Source of the DNA: an uncultured delta proteobacterium
GTDB taxonomy: Bacteria; Desulfobacterota; Desulfobacteria; Desulfobacterales; JAFDCJ01
Length of the DNA stretch: 64,000 bases
Assembly (NCBI GenBank): GCA_963769935.1
Contig: CAVYNY010000013.1
Span: 256,001-320,000, forward strand
Direction of reading: 5' to 3'
Part shown: positions 57,110 through 64,000 of the stretch, piece by piece
How positions within the stretch are numbered: position 1 is the first letter of the stretch
How the letters are laid out: the number at the start of each line of letters is the position of its first letter
Notes under the pieces: model-generated
What the model saw: the letters and a program-made list of their open reading frames with translations, nothing else
Told to the model about the DNA's origin: nothing
Database searches by the model: none
Program-made: the position numbers and the translations under genes

Positions 57110-58318
57110 ACAATATCTCCTCGCAGTTGGGATCGTGAGCTGCTCTTTCTTGGCCGGGTTGAAGGCTTATTTTTTGCTGCAGCCTTGCGGGAATCTCCTT
57201 TGGCAGAGGCTGGTTTCTTTTTCCGGCGCCCGTCATCTTCCGTATCCCGATCCATAAGCCATGCGGCTATCTTCGGTGCAAATTCCTTCTGGCACTTCGA
57301 ACTCACATAGATGCCGATGTGACCGGTATCCAGGCACACATCTTCGGTATCGCGGCTGCCGACTTTGCGAGGTCAGCAGCTCGCAGGCCGCGGGTGGCAC
57401 CAGATGATCAAACTTGCCGTAGAAATTCAACAGCGGCATCGTGATATTTTTCAAGTCGACCCGGCGTCCCCCGACCTCCATCTGGTTTTGAATCAACAGG
57501 TTCTTTTGATAGCAATCTTTGACAAACTGGCGAAATGTTTCGCCGGGTACGTCCGGACTGTCAAATATCCATTTTTCCATGCGAATGAAATTTTCGACAA
57601 ATGTTTTGTCGTCCATGCCCTCCAAAAAGCCGACGTATTTATCGATCATCAATCGCGCCGGGTTCAGCAGCAAAAACCCGAAGTTTAAAAAGTCGCCCGG
57701 CATATTGCCGAAGGTATCCACCATCCGGTCCGCATCCACATTTTTCATCCAGATGTGCAGCAATCCCTGATCGGTGTCAAAATTGGTGGGGGTGACGGTG
57801 GTCACCAGATTTTTTAATTTTTCGGGATGCAGCGCAGCATAAATGACGCTGAAGGTGCCGCCCATACAGATTCCCATCAGGTTGATTTTGTCCACCTTAT
57901 GCCGGGCACGAATGAAATCAACCATATTGTCCATATAGCCGTTGACGTGGTCGTCAATGGTCAGAAACTTATCTTTGCGGGTCGGATAGCCCCAATCAAC
58001 CATATACAGATCGATGCCGAAATCCTGAAAGATTTTCACGACGCTGCGCCCCGGCTGCAGATCGAGCATGGTTTCCCGGTTGATCAGGGCGTAAACCACC
58101 AGCAGCGGCCGCCTTAGTTTTGGCGCCTGATTTGGCTGATAATATTTCAGTTTGACACGATCTTCTTCATAGACAATATCGTAGGGCGTCTTAGCGATGC
58201 CGGTGTCCAACTCCTGGAGTAAAACATCGGAAGCTTTCTGAACACGGGTGCGGGCCTTCTCGGCGTCTTCGGCCAGTCTGGTGAGAATTAAGTCAACGGG
58301 GATTTTGGGTTTTTCCAT
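57106..58318 (-). CDS. phaC: Class III PHA synthase subunit PhaC; frameshift ~57370
   Basis: PLLVVYALIN, DLQP.RS, DWGYP, GICMGG, MEKWIFDSPD.PGE, DHLVPP; GHIG in the shifted frame; basic C-terminal tail. Confidence 0.92.
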
Positions 58319-58347
58319 TATATTCCCCCCTTGCCTGTCAACCTGTT

Positions 58348-59268
58348 TTAGGCTGTGGGTAACTGCTGTTTCTGAGAATCTGATTGCAACGTATATTTTT
58401 CTTTTTCCAGGATTTTAATCCTTTTTTTCAGCTGATACATTTCTTTGTAAAGTTCATCGAGTTCATTTTGAGTCGGCACCGCCATGGCCTTTAAAATATC
58501 CTGGCCAATGGCATTGCGCGCTTCAACAAAATCTTCAAGGGCACCCAGGGTGTTTCCCATGATCTTTACATAGTCGGGGGATTTGAACAGGGACATGTAA
58601 TGTCCTTCCAGAATTTTTATATATACCTTATAAAAGTCGTTCGAATTTTCGGGCAATTTCCCTTCCCGCGCCATGTCGGATAGTTGCTCCTGAAAAACCT
58701 TGAAAGATTTTTCGACCGGCAGCAGGATCAGATGCATAAACTCCGCATACTGGGACTGAAAGCGGTTGTGTTTGTCCAGCGTCGCGTTGATTTTTTCCTG
58801 ATAGAATCGGGTGAGCCCAAGCTGGGGGATATGAAAAAATTGCCGGAACTCCTTTTCGTAAATTTCCGTCCAGGCCTTGAAGACCTCTTCATCGAGATTG
58901 TCAAAGTTAAAGGCGCGGGTCGATTCACCGATTCGGCCGGCCTTTTCCAGCCACTGCTGCTGAAGATAAAAATAGCTTCTCCACCCGGCCTCGACGATTT
59001 GCAGCAAAAATTGCGGCATCGCCCGGCCCAGATTGGAAAACGCTTCCATGGCGCCGGAATCCCCGGCGACCGATGAAAGCGTCTGCCAGGAGCTAAACAC
59101 CGTTTCAAAGGATTCCTGTGTACGGCTTTTCTCACCCTTTGCGGAATCGTCACCGGCCGCATCCTTTTTCGCCCAGTTCTGAAGCATGGAACCCCAGAAA
59201 TCCGCCGCGGATTTGATCCAGGCCGACAGCAAGGTATCGGCGGCTTGATTACCTTTTTGATTATCCAT
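58348..59268 (-). CDS. phaE: Class III PHA synthase subunit PhaE
   Basis: PQLGLTRFYQE, VPTQNELDELYKEMYQLKKRI; directly upstream of phaC. Confidence 0.88.
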   Translation of the reverse strand: MDNQKGNQAADTLLSAWIKSAADFWGSMLQNWAKKDAAGDDSAKGEKSRTQESFETVFSSWQTLSSVAGDSGAMEAFSNLGRAMPQFLLQIVEAGWRSYFYLQQQWLEKAGRIGESTRAFNFDNLDEEVFKAWTEIYEKEFRQFFHIPQLGLTRFYQEKINATLDKHNRFQSQYAEFMHLILLPVEKSFKVFQEQLSDMAREGKLPENSNDFYKVYIKILEGHYMSLFKSPDYVKIMGNTLGALEDFVEARNAIGQDILKAMAVPTQNELDELYKEMYQLKKRIKILEKEKYTLQSDSQKQQLPTA

Positions 59269-59628
59269 GAGATATAGCCTTAGTGCAAAGCGGTTGATAA
59301 TTTTGCCCGGGTGTCGCGGCGGTGGGTCGCTGAAAGGCGCCGCAACATTTCCCAATGGAACTCAGACGCCTGCCACGCAGCAATTGGCCAGAATTAGCCA
59401 AAATAAGGACCGGATAAATTGAAATGTTGAATTGGATTCCGATATCAATTACCCCCCGCTATCAGGACCCAATTTGAAAATATAAGATAATATAGAAGTT
59501 AACAAAGTCTACGGGATTGTCAACTGTGATTTTTAGTGCAGGTTCTGAAGTTTTTAGTAGCATCTCGATCCAATGAATGATAATTTTCATTAGATCAGGT
59601 GAAGTTTTATCGCTTCGAGGTTCGATAA

Positions 59629-61185
59629 ATGAAAACAGCCAGTATATTCAATGATGTCATCGGCCCGGTGATGCGAGGGCCGTCGAGTTCCCACAGCGCC
59701 GCCGCGGTCAGAATCGGCCTCATCGCCCGGGCATTGATGGACGGCATGATCGAGGACGTGCTGGCCGAATTTGATGAGACCGGCTCTTTGGCCACCACCC
59801 ACGAATCCCAGGGTTCCGATATGGGCCTTGGCGGCGGCCTTCTCGGCTGCGAGACTTCCGATCCAAGGCTGTTGGATTATCAGAACGAGTTGGACAAAGC
59901 CGGCATTAAGATCCGGTACGTGTACGGATCCTATGGCGACTCCCATCCCAATACCTACCGGCTGACCCTTAAAAGTTTCAGCGAAACGCACTGTCTGATA
60001 GCCGTCTCCACCGGCGGGGGCATGATCGAGGTGCAGGAAATCGACGGCCACCCGGTTTCAATCGGCGGCGACCTGCACGAAACCCTGGTTTATTATAAAA
60101 ACAAAGGGCAGCCCGTCATCGCGCAGCTTCAAAATTTAATGCCGCATGCCGTTCTGAGCTTAAAAAAGGGCGGCGTCCAAAATTTCATCCACTGCCGGGC
60201 GCATGCGCCGATAAGCGCCGACGCGCTGGCGGCGGTTCAGGCCGAGCAGAATGTTATCGCCGTAAAACGCATTGCGCCGGTCCTGCCGGTTCCCTCTCCC
60301 GGCAAGCCGATCATTCCGTTTTCAACCTGCCGGGAGATGCTGTCATACAACCGGCACCGAAAAATGAGCCTGGCCGACCTGGCCGTTCAATATGAATGCG
60401 GCCGAGGGGCCATGAACCGGGATGATGTTACCGGCAAGATGACCGAGATTGTCGCAATTATCAGCGCGTCGATTCAGCAGGGCTTAAAGGGCACCATTTA
60501 TCCGGACCGCATCCTGGGCTGCCAATCCGGCCGGTTCAGGCAGAGTCTTGAATCGAATCGCTTGTTGGAGGCCGGCATTCTGAACCGTGCCATCCTGTAT
60601 GTGACCTGCCTGATGGAAGTTAAAAGTTCGCTGGGGGTCATCGTTGCAGCGCCCACCGCGGGTTCCTGCGGCGCACTGCCCGGAACTATTCTGGCGGCAG
60701 CCGAAGCTATGAATTGCAGTGCAAAGGACACGGCCGCGGCTTTGCTGGCGGCCGGGTTGATCGGAATCTTCATAACCGGCGCGGCGACCTTCGCTGCCGA
60801 GGTGGGCGGCTGCCAGGCCGAATGCGGCGCCGGTTCAGGCATGGCTGCGGCCGCTCTGGTTCAGCTTATGGGCGGATCCGTGGAAACAGCCGTCGCGGCG
60901 GCTTCCATGGCGCTGCAGAATATTTTCGGCATGGTTTGCGATCCGGTTGCCAATCGGGTCGAAGTCCCCTGCCTGGGTAAAAACGTAATGGCGGCCGGCA
61001 ATGCCATTGCGTGCGCCAATATGGCAATGGCGGGATTTGATCCGGTCATACCGCTGGACGAAGTCATTGCCGCCATGAATACTGTCGGTCGAAGCATCCC
61101 CTCTGAACTCAGATGCACCGGTCGCGGCGGGTTGTCCGTCACCCGAACCTCCATAGCAATAAAAAAACGGTTTGCGGAAAACTGA
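59629..61185 (+). CDS. Fe-S L-serine ammonia-lyase, fused beta/alpha form
   Basis: IGPVMRGPSSSH, STGGG, AAPTAGSCG, GGCQAECG, GMVCDPVA..VEVPC, ELRCTG.GGL. Confidence 0.9.
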   Translation: MKTASIFNDVIGPVMRGPSSSHSAAAVRIGLIARALMDGMIEDVLAEFDETGSLATTHESQGSDMGLGGGLLGCETSDPRLLDYQNELDKAGIKIRYVYGSYGDSHPNTYRLTLKSFSETHCLIAVSTGGGMIEVQEIDGHPVSIGGDLHETLVYYKNKGQPVIAQLQNLMPHAVLSLKKGGVQNFIHCRAHAPISADALAAVQAEQNVIAVKRIAPVLPVPSPGKPIIPFSTCREMLSYNRHRKMSLADLAVQYECGRGAMNRDDVTGKMTEIVAIISASIQQGLKGTIYPDRILGCQSGRFRQSLESNRLLEAGILNRAILYVTCLMEVKSSLGVIVAAPTAGSCGALPGTILAAAEAMNCSAKDTAAALLAAGLIGIFITGAATFAAEVGGCQAECGAGSGMAAAALVQLMGGSVETAVAAASMALQNIFGMVCDPVANRVEVPCLGKNVMAAGNAIACANMAMAGFDPVIPLDEVIAAMNTVGRSIPSELRCTGRGGLSVTRTSIAIKKRFAEN

Positions 61186-61530
61186 TCCCGACCAGGTCAG
61201 GACAGGCGGTGATATCTTCCTTCAGGCCGGCCGGAACAGTTCACTCACCCGGCCGGAGAAGATTCATTTGACAATGCCGCCTGCTTTTGCCACTATAAAG
61301 ACGCCAGGCACGCTGAATCCTGCCTGCAGGGGTCCTGAAATTTCTGCGCGACTCGATCTCTCTGCTGCACCGCTTCCCGTCGATTGACCGACTGCTGTTT
61401 AAGCTGGATCTCATTTCCAATTATTTTATTGGACTAATCACCAATTGACCCATCAGTTTATTGGTTTTATTTTAATGGAAGCGAATTCGATTCCTGAAAT
61501 ACGTCAAACCGGTAAAACAAGGAGGATGAA

Positions 61531-62082
61531 ATGAGAAATTTACAGCTCAATTATGAGACGCTCATCAAGATAACCAAATCCCTGTCCAAATCGAAAAACC
61601 CGGAAGAAATCATCAAAATGACGGTTGAAAGCATTAAATCATCTTTAGGCATCAAAGGTTGCGCACTGTTTTTGATCAATGGTCAGACAAAGGATCTGGA
61701 AATAGCGGCATCCGCAGGACTCAGCGAGGAGTATTTGAACAAGGGCACGGTCAGCGCCCTGCGATCCATTGCCGATTCGCTGAAAGAAGGACCCGTTGCG
61801 GTCTATGACGTCAGCGATGATCCCCGCATCCAATATCCCGAAGCCGCCAAAAAGGAAGGCATTGCTTCCATTCTTTCCGTACCGATTCTGCTGGGCGATG
61901 ATGCCATCGGGGCCATCCGGGCCTATACGGCCGATAAATGGGAATTTACCCTGGATGATGTGAATTTCGTGCAAGCCTTAGCCCAGATCGCCGGCATCCT
62001 GATCGAGATGACCCGGCTCCACCAAGGCCAGAATGAACACATTGAAGCCTTGGCGACGATGTGTTCATCGCCGAATCTGTAG
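61531..62082 (+). CDS. Single GAF-domain protein
   Basis: GLSEEYLNKG, DDPRIQYP, EGIASILSVP; similar to the second GAF of 56063-57109. Confidence 0.85.
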   Translation: MRNLQLNYETLIKITKSLSKSKNPEEIIKMTVESIKSSLGIKGCALFLINGQTKDLEIAASAGLSEEYLNKGTVSALRSIADSLKEGPVAVYDVSDDPRIQYPEAAKKEGIASILSVPILLGDDAIGAIRAYTADKWEFTLDDVNFVQALAQIAGILIEMTRLHQGQNEHIEALATMCSSPNL

Positions 62083-62150
62083 CCAAAAGCGATGCAGCGC
62101 TTCTAACGTTCATTCGTCCCTCGGAAGGACTGAATCCAACCCTAAGTATA

Positions 62151-62301
62151 CGGAGTAATGGAGTGTTGGAGTGCTGCTGACCCTGGTTTTTGATCGAATT
62201 TCCAGGTATAACGATAGCCGCATCGAATCGGCCGATCACAACCTATAGTTGGAATAAAGGATCTCTGCCAATACTCCAAGACTCCGATACTCCAAGACTC
62301 C
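62151..62301. repeat. 8-bp-unit inverted repeat (ggagtaat / atactcc), same family as 28655-28780
   Basis: ggagtaatggagtgttggagtgct ... caatactccaagactccgatactccaagactcc. Confidence 0.75.
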
Positions 62302-62340
62302 ATACAATTTTTATAGGTTCAACCAATCCAGGAGGCCGCT

Positions 62341-64000
62341 ACGGATAAAATATCTCCTACCAATTGGCAGTCGGCGGTCGTTAAACCGGAAACGGTGATC
62401 GAGAAAATCAAGCCCGGCATGAGTATTTTTCTGGGCACGGCGGTGGCCGAACCGCGCACCATGGTCCGGCATCTGATGACGTCGGCCGCCGGAAACCTGG
62501 AAGATCTCGAATTGATCCAACTGGTCAGCGTCGGCGAGGCCGTTTCACTGCAGAGCCTCCAATCCCAGAATTTTCGCCTGAAAACATTCTTTGCCGGTTG
62601 GGTGGCCGATGAAGCCATCGAACAGGGGCGGGTGGATCTGATCCCCAGTCGATTTGTAAAAATCCGCCAGTTGTTTGAATCGCTCTTGAGGCCGGTTGAC
62701 GTAGCCGTCGTTCAGATTACTCCGCCGAATGAGGCCGGGTTCTGCAGTTTTGGGATAGCGGTCGATGTCGCCCGGGAAGCCTTGGAGCAGGCCGCCATCC
62801 GGGTCGGTGAAATCAACACCCAAATCCCCAGAACGCTGGGCGACACGTTTGTGAAGGCCAGCGTATTTGATTTTCTGGTGCAGTCCACCGAGCCGCCGAT
62901 TTATTTCGAACGCTGGGAAGTGGACGAAGTCTGGGATCAGGTCGCGGGGCATGTGGCCTCGCTGATAGAGGACGGAAGCTGCTTGGCATTTTCAATCGGC
63001 CCGCTCTACGAAGCCCTCGCCCGCCGCCTGACGGACAAGCGCCATCTTGGCATCCACTCGCCCATTTTCACCGACTCTTTAATGGATTTGATGGAAATCG
63101 GTGCGGTCACCAACCGCCGCAAGGAAAACTTTCGCGGCAAAGCGTTGACTTCCTATGCCTTTGGAACCGAAAAACTGATGCAGTGGTTGGACAACAATCC
63201 CCTGGTTGAATTTCAGCGGGTCAGCCGCGTGTTCAACCCGGTCATCATCGGCAGCAATCCGCGCTTTGTCACGGTGGTGGCAGCCCGAAAAGTGGATTTG
63301 CGCGGCCGCATCGGACTTTACACCGGCAAGGGCAACGTGGCCTCCGGACCGGCTGAAGTAATGGATTTCCTAAACGGGGCCGAACTTTCGGAAGGCGGAC
63401 GTTCCATCTTTGCCCTGACCAGCCGGGACCCCGCCGGAAACCCTAATATTCTGCTGTCGATCGCCGATTGGCCCAACCAGTTCGGTGCTTTCGAATCCGT
63501 GGGGGCGGTCGTTACCGAATACGGCATCGCTTATCTTGAAGGACGTACACTCCGCGAACGGGCCCAGGCCCTCATCGACATCGCCCATCCGGAGGACCGG
63601 GCCGCTCTGGTTCAGGCCGCCAAAGACAAAAAGATTTTGTACCACGATCAAATCTTTATCGCCGCAAGCGCCAGCCTTTACCCGGCCGACATCAAAGCGA
63701 CCCAAACCGTCAAAGAAGATCTCAACATCAGGTACAGAGCCATCCGCCCCTCGGATGAAGAGGGCATGCGCACCCTCTTTTATCGGCTGCCGGATGAAGC
63801 CGTTTACTCCCGCTATCTCCAGTCCATCAGAAGCATGCCGCATCTAAAAACGCAGCAATACGTCAATGTGGACTGGAACCAGATCGTGTCCATTGTCGGC
63901 CTGGTCGGCGAAGAAGGCCGGGGCCGCATTATTGCCGAGGCGCGCTTTATCCGGATACCGGGCCACCCGCTGGCCGAGGTGGGTTTCGTAGTCGACGAGC
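62341..64000 (+). CDS. Acetyl-CoA hydrolase/transferase-like domain fused to GNAT; runs off the window end
   Basis: Frame read by hand (absent from the ORF track): IKPGMSIFLG..VAEP, DVAVVQ, EIN.QIPRT.GD, VVTEYGIAYL.G.TLRERAQALI.IAHP, then RAIRPSDE..FY..YSRY..AEVGFVV; ACG at the expected start after ggagg. Confidence 0.85.

Overview
Bacterial window, most consistent with a Desulfobacteria/Desulfobacterales-like anaerobe (inferred from gene content and intergenic repeat style). In order: (1) the 3' part of maeB; (2) a ~7 kb eroded stress/carbohydrate-storage block (1.3-8.2 kb) in which a PRC-barrel/OB gene, UPF0182, a HAD hydrolase, a P-type H+-ATPase, pgm and glgP appear internally deleted or truncated; (3) secDF, a UbiA/DprE1/DprE2-like lipid-linked arabinose trio and three uncharacterised exported proteins; (4) a putatively sigma54-driven run (DUF2892, PilZ, 2x Usp, ppdK, zinc-ribbon, receiver, CBS-ACT, acetate-CoA ligase/GNAT), then csp, a core MetE-like protein, GlgM-type glgA, YihY, CMD and FecR; (5) a long minus-strand run with a 3-hydroxybutyrate dehydrogenase-like SDR, an acyl-CoA ligase, two LIV-type ABC systems and a hydrolase; (6) a polyhydroxyalkanoate cluster (phaJ-like, phaZ, phaR with an in-frame TGA, phasin-like gene, a second PhaC-like protein with a small coiled-coil partner, double-GAF, class III phaC/phaE); (7) serine dehydratase, a single GAF protein and a partial CoA-transferase-like/GNAT fusion lacking the catalytic Glu. 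Many single-base frameshifts look like sequencing indels. Intergenic spaces hold nested palindromic elements and short-period tandem/inverted repeats. No rRNA, tRNA, CRISPR array or intact transposase was recognised. All family assignments come from motifs read by eye; no searches were run.
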